Below, piece by piece: positions 18,490-26,914 of a DNA stretch of 64,000 nucleotides. A model generated the notes under the pieces. That model saw only the letters and a list, made by a program, of their open reading frames with translations, ran no database searches and had not been told where the DNA came from. A program made the translations under genes and the position numbers. Source of the DNA: Candidatus Angelobacter sp. Lineage in GTDB: Bacteria > Chloroflexota > Limnocylindria > QHBO01. Position 1 is the stretch's first letter; every line of letters begins with the position of its first letter. Location of the stretch: contig DATHTR010000046.1 of the NCBI GenBank assembly GCA_035463095.1, forward strand, positions 165 through 64,164. Reading direction: 5' to 3'.

Positions 18490-19527
18490 TCAGGCCGGCT
18501 TGTCGGCCACCTGGAGGCCGTTGGCTCGCGACATCGGCAGGCGGATCGGCGGCCGCGGGCGCAGGCCGGCGGCGCGCTGCCACTCGGCCATCTCCTCGTA
18601 GGTCCACAGGCCCGCGCGACTGGTCATGGCGAAGTACAGGTCGAAGAAGGCGCTGACCTGGTCGTTCTCCCACGGGTCGAGTCGGATCGCGTCGAAGATC
18701 ACCAGCGTCCCGCCCGGCCGGAGGGCGTCCGCCGCCCGGCGGACCAGCGATCGGTTGGAGGCGTCATCGAAATGGTGGACCAGGCTCGCCATGAACACCG
18801 CGTCATACGCCTCGGTCCCGAGGTCGTCGGTGAGCGCATCGCCGGCGCGCAGCGTGACGCGCTCCCCCATCCCCTCCGCGGCGAGGAGCGGCGCGGCGTG
18901 TTCCACGGCGTCCGGAAGATCCAGGACCACGGCGCGGAGGCCCTCGTGGCGCCGGCACAGCGCGACCGAGAAGAAGCCGTGCGACCCGCCGATGTCCAGG
19001 AGGTCGCGGGCCCCGGTCGGAATCGGGATGCGGGAGGCGAGCAGCGGGGCCACGACCCCGGCATTGGAGCGCATGCCCCGCTGGTAGCGTCCCCAATCGG
19101 CGGGAGCCATCGTGCCGTGAACGTCGTGGTGCGTCCCGCTGACGAGGAACTCGTCGAGCCGCTCGATCCAGCGCCACTCGAGATCCTTCATCAGGATGCT
19201 GTCGCGGAGGGACCCCGACCCGGTCAGCCAGCGGCGAGCGCGCGACGTCAGCGCGTACCGCCCGTCGCGGCCGACCCGCAGGTGGCGCATGCCGACGAGC
19301 AGGTTCAGGAGCTTCTCGGTCGCCGTCGGATCGGTCTCGCAGCGCTCCGCGACCTCGCTCGCGGTCGCCGGCCCGGCGACCAGGGCCTCGAAGAGGCCGC
19401 GCTCCGTGGCGGCGAGCAGGGCGCGCGTGGTGACCATCGCGTAGCTCTCGAGCATCGGCGCCGGGAAGAGCCGGCTGCGGAGGACGAGCCGCTCCATGAA
19501 GCCCTCGCCGATCATCCCGAACCGCAT
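18490..19527 (-). CDS. O-methyltransferase family (Methyltransf_2-like) with N-terminal dimerisation/winged-helix domain (345 aa)
   Basis: ORF 18490..20712 trimmed to ATG 19527. LLDIGGSHGFFSVAL (SAM motif I), VLDLPDAV, FMASLVHHFDD. Confidence 0.8.
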   Translation of the reverse strand: MRFGMIGEGFMERLVLRSRLFPAPMLESYAMVTTRALLAATERGLFEALVAGPATASEVAERCETDPTATEKLLNLLVGMRHLRVGRDGRYALTSRARRWLTGSGSLRDSILMKDLEWRWIERLDEFLVSGTHHDVHGTMAPADWGRYQRGMRSNAGVVAPLLASRIPIPTGARDLLDIGGSHGFFSVALCRRHEGLRAVVLDLPDAVEHAAPLLAAEGMGERVTLRAGDALTDDLGTEAYDAVFMASLVHHFDDASNRSLVRRAADALRPGGTLVIFDAIRLDPWENDQVSAFFDLYFAMTSRAGLWTYEEMAEWQRAAGLRPRPPIRLPMSRANGLQVADKPA

Positions 19528-19574
19528 CGATGCGCCTCCCTCCGGCCATCCCTGCGGCGAGTATCGCGTCGGCG

Positions 19575-20639
19575 TCAACCCGCCTCGGCGCGGAGCTCGT
19601 CCCGGTAGCGGACCACGGCGGCCAGCAGCACGAGGTGCCCGAGGACCACGAGGATGGAGTCGAACTGGCGGACGTAGAAGCCGATGAGGTCGCCGAGCGT
19701 GATCGTCACCAGCAGTCCCAGGTAGGCGAGCGTCCAGCCGAGCCGATGCCGCCCGTCGATGGCGACGAGGACCCCACCGGCGACGACCAGGGCGCCGGCC
19801 ACCGCCTCGACCACGAGGTGCAGGAGCTGGAACCGGCCGAGGGTGTCGAACGGATCGGCCGGGTCGAGCCGCAGTCCGGCGAGGATCGAGACCAGGGCCC
19901 AGACCTGCACCACGCCGGTGAGGAGCAGCGCCAGCACGATCGTCGCGCGCAGCCCGCGGCCGCCGAGCCATGCATCGGTCCTGGCCCGCCAGCCCGCCCG
20001 CAGGCCGCCGAACCGATCCGCGGGATCCGGGGCGACGCGAAGCTCCTCGGCATCCACGAACGCCAGGAGGTGCGCCGCGAGCCGGCGCTGCTCGGCGGCG
20101 GGGGCGTGCGCGGCGGCGGATCGAAGGCGTTCGCACAATGCATCCACCTCGGCGCGCTGGAGGTCGCCCTCGACCGACTCCTCGAGCAGCTCGAGCGCCC
20201 CCAGCAGCTGCGCCCGGGGATCGGCCTCCGGCGGCCGGCGGACCCGCAGCCAGGCGATGACGGCCAGCAGGAACGTGGCGTAGATGATCGGCGCGGCGGC
20301 CGGAAAGAAGTAGTCGTTGTCGGCCGTGATGAACTTGCCGACCTCGTCGATGAACAGGCCGATGCCGGCGCCGGCGAGCACCGAGGCGGCGCGGTAGACG
20401 AATCGGCCGGCCATCACGATCGGCAGGACGGCCGCCGCGAAGAGGGCGGCTCCGCCCCACAGCGCGTGGGCGATGTGCAGGTCGCCGCCGCCGATCCGCG
20501 GGAAGCCGGTCAGCTCGAGGAACCAGCGCGTGCCGATGACGGTCACCGCGAACGACACGAGGACCAGGAACAGGTAGCTCTCGGCGCCCTCGCGACGCAC
20601 CGGTCGCCGGAAGGTGCCGAACAGCGGGCCAGGGCTCAC
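19575..20639 (-). CDS. integral membrane protein of unknown function, 4 TM + helical cytoplasmic insert + 4 TM (354 aa)
   Basis: Strong hydrophobic periodicity at both ends. Central soluble segment EADPRAQLLGALELLEESVEG...; no catalytic motif recognised. Confidence 0.7.
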   Translation of the reverse strand: MSPGPLFGTFRRPVRREGAESYLFLVLVSFAVTVIGTRWFLELTGFPRIGGGDLHIAHALWGGAALFAAAVLPIVMAGRFVYRAASVLAGAGIGLFIDEVGKFITADNDYFFPAAAPIIYATFLLAVIAWLRVRRPPEADPRAQLLGALELLEESVEGDLQRAEVDALCERLRSAAAHAPAAEQRRLAAHLLAFVDAEELRVAPDPADRFGGLRAGWRARTDAWLGGRGLRATIVLALLLTGVVQVWALVSILAGLRLDPADPFDTLGRFQLLHLVVEAVAGALVVAGGVLVAIDGRHRLGWTLAYLGLLVTITLGDLIGFYVRQFDSILVVLGHLVLLAAVVRYRDELRAEAG

Positions 20640-20662
20640 CCCGACACGCTACCGGATCGGCC

Positions 20663-21163
20663 TCAGTAGAGCCCAGGCACGAAGCGCGCCGTGCGCTGGC
20701 GATACGCCGCATACGGCTGGTAGGCCTCCAGCAGCCAGGCCTCCTCGCGACGCGACTTGGCGTCGAGCCAGGCGGTCAGCGCGGCGGCGACGATCGCCGA
20801 CGGAATGCTGACCATGACGACCGCCCAGCCGGCCCCGATCAGCATGAGCGCGAGGTAGAGCGGATGGCGAATGACGCCGTAGATCCCCGAGTCCACCAGC
20901 CGCGCCCCGTGCCTCGGGCGCGGGACTGCCGTCAACGATCGTCCGAGCTGCCTGGCGCCGGCGAACCCGACCATGCTTCCGGCCACGAGCAGGGCGAGGC
21001 CCACGAGCGCAGCGATCCACCGCCCGGACGATTGCGGGGGCAGGCTGGCGAGGCCCGGCAGGCCGAACACGGCGACGAGGGCCAGCAGGATGCCCTGACC
21101 GATCACCCATCCCTCTCCCCGCGGGCCCAGCGGCGGGATCCGGGAGCGGTTGGGCTCAGGCAC
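20663..21163 (-). CDS. isoprenylcysteine carboxyl / phospholipid methyltransferase (ICMT/PEMT) family membrane protein (166 aa)
   Basis: GTG start overlapping the upstream stop by 8 nt. Family hallmark LVDSGIYGVIRHPLYLALML and C-terminal EEAWLLEAYQPYAAYRQRT. Confidence 0.8.
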   Translation of the reverse strand: MPEPNRSRIPPLGPRGEGWVIGQGILLALVAVFGLPGLASLPPQSSGRWIAALVGLALLVAGSMVGFAGARQLGRSLTAVPRPRHGARLVDSGIYGVIRHPLYLALMLIGAGWAVVMVSIPSAIVAAALTAWLDAKSRREEAWLLEAYQPYAAYRQRTARFVPGLY

Positions 21164-22502
21164 CTGCCGGGACGAGCTCAGCGCGGGCGCGCTCGAGTGC
21201 CGGAGCGATGAGATCGCGCAGCCGCGGGCCGCTGACCTGCTCGAGGTCGTATCGGACGCGGACGACGGGCTTGTTCAGCTCCAGGACCCGGGTGAGGTCG
21301 ATCGGCGTGCCGGCCAGCACGACGTCGGCGTCGACCGCGTTCAGGCTCTCGGCAAGCTCCGACATCTGCGCCACACCGTACCCCATGGCCGGCAGGAGCG
21401 GCTCGAGGTCGGGGTGCGCAACGAGCACGTCGTGCAGGCTGCCCACCGCGTGCGGTCGCGGATCCACGATCGTCGACGCGCCGAACCGCCGTGCGGCCGC
21501 GATGCCCGCTCCGAAGCGCATCCCGCCGTGCGTCAACGTCGGGCCATCCTCGACGACGACCACCCGACGCCCGGCGATGTCGCCACCCTCCAGGCGCAGG
21601 GCGGACCGAGCGGTCAGGATCGGGGCGGTCGGGTTGAGGGAGCGCAGAGCCGCCATCTCTCGCTCCACGGCCCCCGGCTCGGCGGAGTCGATCTTGTTCA
21701 CGAGCAGGACATCGGCCATGCGGACGTTCGTCTCGCCAGGGTGGTATCTGGCCTCGTGCTCCGGCCGGAGCGGATCGGCGACGACCACGAAGAGGTCCGG
21801 CCGGTAGAACGGGAAGTCGTTGTTGCCCCCGTCCCACAGGATGACGTCCGCCTCGTCCTCGGCGGCGCGAAGGATCGCCTCGTAGTCGACGCCCGCATAC
21901 AGCACCCGGCCGGCCTCGACGTGGGCCTCGTACTCCTCCCGCTCCTCGATGGTCGTGTGCTGCAGCTCCAGATCCTCGAGCCGCGCGAAGCGCTGGACCC
22001 GCTGCGCCGCGAGGTCGCCATACGGCATCGGATGGCGCACGACGACCGGAACCAGGCCGGCCTCGGCCACGAGCGCGGCAAGGTGGCGCGTCGTCTGGCT
22101 CTTCCCGCAGCCGGTGCGCGTTGCCCCGACGGCGATGACGGGTCGTCGGCTGGCGAGCATCGTCCGATCCGGCCCGAGCAGCGCGAAGTCCGCTCCGGCC
22201 GCCAGGGCACGCGACGCAGCGTGCATCACCGTCTCGTGGCTGACGTCGCTGTATGCGAACACGACGGTGTCGACCGCCTCGCGACGCACGAGCTCTTCGA
22301 GGTCGTCCTCCGGCACGATCGGGATGCCGTCGGGATGGTGCGGCCCGGCGAGGGACGATGGGTAGTGCCGGCCGGCGATACCGGGGATCTGGGTGGCGGT
22401 GAAGGCCACCACGCGGACCTCGGGGTCGTCGCGGAAGACGACGTTGAAGACGTGGAAGTCGCGTCCCGCGGCTCCCATGATCACGACGCGCTGGTTCGCC
22501 AT
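21156..22502 (-). CDS. cyclic 2,3-diphosphoglycerate synthetase-like P-loop protein (COG2403-type predicted GTPase, 448 aa)
   Basis: ORF 21156..23054 trimmed to ATG 22502. VVIMGAAGRDFHVFNVVFRDDPEVRVVAFTATQIPGI, VGATRTGCGKSQTT (P-loop), RHPMPYGDL, TIEEREEYE and WDGGNNDFPF match my recollection of the cpgS family. Confidence 0.75.
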   Translation of the reverse strand: MANQRVVIMGAAGRDFHVFNVVFRDDPEVRVVAFTATQIPGIAGRHYPSSLAGPHHPDGIPIVPEDDLEELVRREAVDTVVFAYSDVSHETVMHAASRALAAGADFALLGPDRTMLASRRPVIAVGATRTGCGKSQTTRHLAALVAEAGLVPVVVRHPMPYGDLAAQRVQRFARLEDLELQHTTIEEREEYEAHVEAGRVLYAGVDYEAILRAAEDEADVILWDGGNNDFPFYRPDLFVVVADPLRPEHEARYHPGETNVRMADVLLVNKIDSAEPGAVEREMAALRSLNPTAPILTARSALRLEGGDIAGRRVVVVEDGPTLTHGGMRFGAGIAAARRFGASTIVDPRPHAVGSLHDVLVAHPDLEPLLPAMGYGVAQMSELAESLNAVDADVVLAGTPIDLTRVLELNKPVVRVRYDLEQVSGPRLRDLIAPALERARAELVPAGA

Positions 22503-22609
22503 GGCTGCGTGCCTCGGTGCGTGCGGCTTCTCGGCCTCCACCATGCGGGCCGTTGGCTCGAGCGAGCCAGTGCCCATCGGCCCATCGGCCTCCTGCCGAT
22601 CGTCGTGCG

Positions 22610-24292
22610 TCAGGCGATGCCGAGCATCTGCCACAGCCAGGCCACGACCGTGACCAGCAGCACGAGCCCGACGAGATCGAGCACGACGCCGATGCGGAAG
22701 ATCTCGCCGGCCGTGAAGAGCCGGGTCGAGTAGGCCAGCAGGGTCGGTGGCGTCCCAATGACGAGCGCGAAGTCGATCGACGACGCGACCGCGACCACCA
22801 GCACGAGCAGGACCGGGTCGACGCCCACGATCGTGGCCAGCGGGATCGCGAGCGGGATGAGCATGGCCGCGGCGGCGGTGTTCGAGGCCACGGTGGTCAG
22901 CAGCAGGGAGACGGTCGCCACTGCCGCGACCGCAACCGGGCCCGGGACGGCGGACAGGACGGCGAGGCGAGTTGCGATCCAGTCGGACGTTCCGCTCTCG
23001 ACGAGAAAGACTCCGAGGGTCAGGCCGCCGCCGAAGGTCAGTAGCGACGACCACGAGATCCGATTCAGGTCGTCAGGCTCGATCCGCCGCAGGAGGGCGA
23101 GCACGACCGCCCCGCCCAGCGCCACGATCCCGGTCTCGATTCCGTGCAGCGGCTCCGCCAGCCAGACCGCGATCACCGCCACGAACACCGCCATCACCGT
23201 CAGCTGGTCGCGCGTCGGCCGCCCGGTGGCCCGGAGCTCTGCCTGGGCCACGCGGCGGGCATCGGCGAAGCGCGCCCCATCCGGTGACGCGCCCATCCGC
23301 CACCAGAGGTAGGCGCCGAGGATCGGGAGGAAGAGCAGCACCATCGGCAGCCCGATGGCGAACCACTCGACGAAGCTGATCCGGCGCCCGACGAAGTCGT
23401 CGAGGAACGCGATGGCGAGCGGGTTGGCCGGGGTGCCGATGGCGCTCCCCACGCCGCCGAGGGTCGCCGCGTAGGCGATGCCGAGCACGACCGCCCGCCG
23501 GTAGGCAGGGCTCTCGAGCGGCGCGGTGATGGCGATCGCGATCGGCAGCAGAACGGCCGCCGCGGCGGTGTTCGACATCCACATCGAGAGGAAGGCCGAG
23601 GTGCCGATCATCGCGGCGAACAGCGCGACGGGGCTGCGGCCGGCGCGGGCGATCATCGAGATCGCGGCGAGGTGATCCAGGCCGGTCCGTCGCATGGCCT
23701 CGGCCATGAGGAAGCCGGCCAGGAAGAGCGCGATGATCGGGTGGAAGAAGTTCGACAGGGCCGCGGTCGGCGACCCCACGCCGCTGACGACCAGCACGAC
23801 CGGGATGGCGAGCGAGGTCACGAAGAGGGGGATCGCGCCGCTGACCCACAGGACGACGACCGCGCCGAGAACGGCCAGAACGGCCACAGCGGAGTGGGAT
23901 GGCCAGCGCTGCGCCTCGACGACCGTCCCGTCGGCCGAGGTGGCACCGACGGGCACCAGCTCGCTGCGCCCGTCCGGCAGCTCGAGACGCACCGTCGTCT
24001 GCTCGTCCGAGGATGGAGGCGCGTCGTAGCGCACCTCGACCGTGATCCGGGCGTCAGCCGGGATGCCGTCGGGCAGGTGGACCGACCCACCGGCGAAGGG
24101 GAGATCGGTACCGCTGGGCGTGTCCCCGACGTTCACCGGCAGGTCGGCGACGACCTCCCGTCCCCGCTCGACCAGGAGCTGCGTCGAGCCGTCCGGCCAA
24201 GGAGCGGGCGCGACGAGCGCGCCGAGGAGCGCGGCCAGGCCGGCGATGGCGAGCGCTCGCCACGGGATGCCGCGATCGGCCTCGTCGCTCAC
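22610..24292 (-). CDS. SLC13/DASS (citrate/ArsB-type) anion permease with extra N-terminal TM + ~100-aa domain (560 aa)
   Basis: GTG start. Multi-TM body with duplicated halves (GAIPLFVTSLAIPVVLV..., SNTAAAAVLLPIAIAI, SNTAAAAMLIPLAIPL hairpin motifs). N-terminal anchor plus a beta-rich segment not expected in the family. Confidence 0.85.
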   Translation of the reverse strand: MSDEADRGIPWRALAIAGLAALLGALVAPAPWPDGSTQLLVERGREVVADLPVNVGDTPSGTDLPFAGGSVHLPDGIPADARITVEVRYDAPPSSDEQTTVRLELPDGRSELVPVGATSADGTVVEAQRWPSHSAVAVLAVLGAVVVLWVSGAIPLFVTSLAIPVVLVVSGVGSPTAALSNFFHPIIALFLAGFLMAEAMRRTGLDHLAAISMIARAGRSPVALFAAMIGTSAFLSMWMSNTAAAAVLLPIAIAITAPLESPAYRRAVVLGIAYAATLGGVGSAIGTPANPLAIAFLDDFVGRRISFVEWFAIGLPMVLLFLPILGAYLWWRMGASPDGARFADARRVAQAELRATGRPTRDQLTVMAVFVAVIAVWLAEPLHGIETGIVALGGAVVLALLRRIEPDDLNRISWSSLLTFGGGLTLGVFLVESGTSDWIATRLAVLSAVPGPVAVAAVATVSLLLTTVASNTAAAAMLIPLAIPLATIVGVDPVLLVLVVAVASSIDFALVIGTPPTLLAYSTRLFTAGEIFRIGVVLDLVGLVLLVTVVAWLWQMLGIA

Positions 24293-24373
24293 CCCGCCAC
24301 CGTGCGCCGGCGGCGGCCGGGCGATGAGGGCCGGACGTCAGGACTCGGCCGGGCCGAAGGTCAGGACCGGCCC

Positions 24374-24844
24374 TCAGTCGTCGGTGCCGCGGTCCTTCTG
24401 CTGTCCCGGCGCCGAGTCACGCCCGTGGCCTCCGCCCATCACCGAGCCGATGCCGGGGTGCACGCCGAGCTCCTTTGCGATCGCGCCCCAGCCCTCGCCG
24501 GCCGCACGTCGCTCGAGCACGTCGTCGATCGACACGCCCTCCGCCTCCCAGGCGAGAAGCCGAACCGCGCCACCAAGACCATGGAGCTCGGCAAGCTCAC
24601 GAACGCGGTCGGCCGATGCCTCGATCTCGCTTGCAGCGAGCCGATCCACGACGCGATCGACGGCGGCGTCGGACGGTGGTCCCTCGTCCTCGTTCTCGTC
24701 CGCGGCATCCGGCTCGTCGTGATCGTTCGCCTGGAGGACTCCGGGAGCTTCCGCGACCGGCGCACGGTTGGCCAGCACGTTCCCCGCCAGAGCGACGAGC
24801 AGCGCCAGCGCCGCCAGCAGCGCGATGCGATTGGCTCGATTCAT
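24374..24844 (-). CDS. membrane-anchored/secreted hypothetical protein with acidic linker (156 aa)
   Basis: ORF trimmed to ATG 24844 (GAGGAGGGG 4 nt upstream). N-terminal anchor RIALLAALALLVALAG, D/E-rich linker, small helical C-terminal domain. Confidence 0.55.
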   Translation of the reverse strand: MNRANRIALLAALALLVALAGNVLANRAPVAEAPGVLQANDHDEPDAADENEDEGPPSDAAVDRVVDRLAASEIEASADRVRELAELHGLGGAVRLLAWEAEGVSIDDVLERRAAGEGWGAIAKELGVHPGIGSVMGGGHGRDSAPGQQKDRGTDD

Positions 24845-24904
24845 TCGTCCCCTCCTCGTGACCATCCGTCCGCGAACCATACGCCTCCGAGCTTGCGACC
24901 GACC

Positions 24905-25843
24905 TTACGGATACGCGAGGGCCTCCACCGCCCGTTGCCGGAGCTCGACGGGAGGGTACGCGTGGGCCAGTCCCTCGATGCGGTCCAGCGCCACCGACGC
25001 GCCCTCCACCCGAAGCTGCTCGACGAGACGTTCCACTGCCGCCGCCGAGACCGCCTCGTCCGCGGTCCCCAGCAGCACCACGATCTGCCGGCCGGGCATC
25101 GCGGACTGGAGGCCCTCCCAGGCCGGATCGTCAGGCAGGAAGCCCGTCGGCCCGATGAGGAGCATCCCGCGCGCGGGAACGGTGTCGCTGAGCCCGGACC
25201 ACAGGGCCAGATCGGCGCCGAGCGAGAAGCCCGCAACGATGGTCGGCATCGAGCCGACCCTCAGCTCGGCGAGACGCGGCGCCTGCCGCAGCACGTCGGC
25301 GCGCGCGGTGGCGGCGTCGTCCCACACCGCGCCGGCCGAGTGGAGCATCTGCGAGGAATGCGGCGCAGCCACGATCCAGCCCGCCTCGTTCAGCGGCCGC
25401 CAGGCGTCGATGGCATGACGCGCCGACTGTCCGTTCCCGTGGAACGCGACGAGGAGGCCACGCGCCTCACCCCGCGGCCTGGCCACCATCGGCTCCGTCG
25501 CGGTCGCCTCGGCTGGCGGTCGCTCGGCGAAAGCCGCCACCAGCGACTCGTATGCGGCCGCCCCCTGAAGCGGCTGCAGCGACGGACTCTGGCGCAGCAC
25601 GGGCTCGGAGTACCACAGGCCGTCGTCGAGCGCGCCCCGCAGCGCGCCGATCGCCGCATCCTGATTTCCTCGCCGCACCTCGAGGCAGGCTCGCAGGTAC
25701 GCAGTGTTCGCGAGGTTGGCCGGGAAGCGGGCAGCGTGCGCGTCGAGCAGCTCGATGGCGGCGTCGTAGTCCGCGGCCCCGAAGCTGGCCATCACCTCGG
25801 TCTCGAGCGCCTCGAACGTGGGCGGCGGGACGGAATCGGTCAC
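24905..25843 (-). CDS. alpha/beta hydrolase (phospholipase/carboxylesterase-like) with N-terminal TPR-like helices (312 aa)
   Basis: LLVAFHGNGQSA, nucleophile-elbow-like AGFSLGADLAL and a late GLAHAYP histidine. N-terminal helical repeat region. Confidence 0.7.
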   Translation of the reverse strand: MTDSVPPPTFEALETEVMASFGAADYDAAIELLDAHAARFPANLANTAYLRACLEVRRGNQDAAIGALRGALDDGLWYSEPVLRQSPSLQPLQGAAAYESLVAAFAERPPAEATATEPMVARPRGEARGLLVAFHGNGQSARHAIDAWRPLNEAGWIVAAPHSSQMLHSAGAVWDDAATARADVLRQAPRLAELRVGSMPTIVAGFSLGADLALWSGLSDTVPARGMLLIGPTGFLPDDPAWEGLQSAMPGRQIVVLLGTADEAVSAAAVERLVEQLRVEGASVALDRIEGLAHAYPPVELRQRAVEALAYP

Positions 25844-25897
25844 GCATCTCTCCTGCAGGGACCGCCGAGGATAGCGAACCGCCGGCAGACATGAGAA

Positions 25898-25925
25898 GAG
25901 CCGGGCCGATGGTCCGGCCCGGCTC
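25898..25925 (-). terminator. GC-rich hairpin (11-bp perfect stem, 6-nt loop) downstream of the 25942..26241 gene
   Basis: GAGCCGGGCCG-atggtc-CGGCCCGGCTC read directly. Lies 17 nt past the stop of the minus-strand gene. Only a weak U-tract (CUUCUC) follows on the minus strand. Confidence 0.5.
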
Positions 25926-25941
25926 GTCCTGTGCCCGACGC

Positions 25942-26241
25942 CTACGGCTGCCCGTGATGACAGCCGGTGAAGAAGGGCGGCGCGGTGATGGTCACGGCCG
26001 ACGAGTTCGCGCGCGTCGCCTCGCAGGCGGCGACGAGGCCGCGGGCATGCGATGGCGGCAGCTTCCCGACCGGCGAGTCGAGCAGCGCCCCTCCCTGGCC
26101 GGGCACGGGACCGCCACCGACCCAGACGGCCGATCCATCGGCCTGGCCGGGTGGATCGACGACGAGCGTGTGGGCGGCTGCCGGCGCGGCGAGCGCCAAG
26201 ATGAGCAGCAGGGCGGCGACGAAACTCAGGGTTCGGTGCAT
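25942..26241 (-). CDS. small secreted protein, mature N-terminus predicted His (99 aa precursor)
   Basis: GGAGGA 4 nt upstream of the ATG. Signal peptide MHRTLSFVAALLLILALAAPAAA followed by HTLVV. Two Cys and a C-terminal CHHGQP. Confidence 0.55.
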   Translation of the reverse strand: MHRTLSFVAALLLILALAAPAAAHTLVVDPPGQADGSAVWVGGGPVPGQGGALLDSPVGKLPPSHARGLVAACEATRANSSAVTITAPPFFTGCHHGQP

Positions 26242-26275
26242 CAGTTCCTCCGGGTGGATGGGTGAACGAGGGTGC

Positions 26276-26881
26276 TCATGCCTCGAGCATGTCGGTGCCG
26301 AAGATCCAGAGCCAGGCGGCCAGGACGCCGAACATCGGCAACCCGAGGACGAAGACGAGGAGGTTCATCGGCATGAATGGGCTTGCGGCGGTGGCGGCCA
26401 CGGCGATTCCGAGGGTCCAGGCGGCGAGCCATCCGGCGCGGCGAGTCAGGACGCCGCGGCGCAGCGCGATGAAGGCGAAGCTCGCGAGCCAGGCGAGGAA
26501 GGGCAGGATGCCGATCCCTCCGATCAGGAACGAGTCGTTGAGGCTGATCACGCGGGCGACGAGAAGGAGGAGCCCGGCGGCGGCGACGCCGAGGCCCAGC
26601 ACCGTGGCGACGGTGAGCGCCGAGAACCAGCTCCCCACCCGACCACGCGCGAGCTGGCGGACGGCGAGGATGCCGGGGACCATGAGCAGGAGCGTTCCGG
26701 CGGTGGTGACGTCGTTGATCGGCCCGAAGACGGCGCCGGCACCGCCGAAGAACAGTCCGATGCTGACGCCGGCGACGGCGAGCGTCGCGGTCGCCCAACG
26801 CAGGCAACGTCCGGCGAGTCGGAACAGCCTCGGTTCGTCGAGGGTCGGCGCGTGTGGAGTGTTGACGGCGGGATGCGACAT
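26276..26881 (-). CDS. integral membrane protein, about 6 TM (201 aa)
   Basis: Continuous hydrophobic helices. Sits between the TetR gene and the small secreted protein gene on the same strand with 33-34 nt gaps. Confidence 0.65.
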   Translation of the reverse strand: MSHPAVNTPHAPTLDEPRLFRLAGRCLRWATATLAVAGVSIGLFFGGAGAVFGPINDVTTAGTLLLMVPGILAVRQLARGRVGSWFSALTVATVLGLGVAAAGLLLLVARVISLNDSFLIGGIGILPFLAWLASFAFIALRRGVLTRRAGWLAAWTLGIAVAATAASPFMPMNLLVFVLGLPMFGVLAAWLWIFGTDMLEA

Positions 26882-26914
26882 GGGCGGCCTCGCTGCGGGG
26901 AGGGGTCGGTGTCG

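Noticed and set aside
18490-20712. 740-aa ORF fusing the O-methyltransferase with upstream sequence
   Set aside because: Methyltransferase homology starts at ATG 19527. The upstream part overlaps, in another frame, the clearly hydrophobic 354-aa membrane protein gene.
23672-25894. 740-aa plus-strand ORF spanning the permease, hypothetical and hydrolase loci
   Set aside because: It runs antisense across three independently supported minus-strand genes and their intergenic gaps. It has no recognisable domain and shadow-frame composition.
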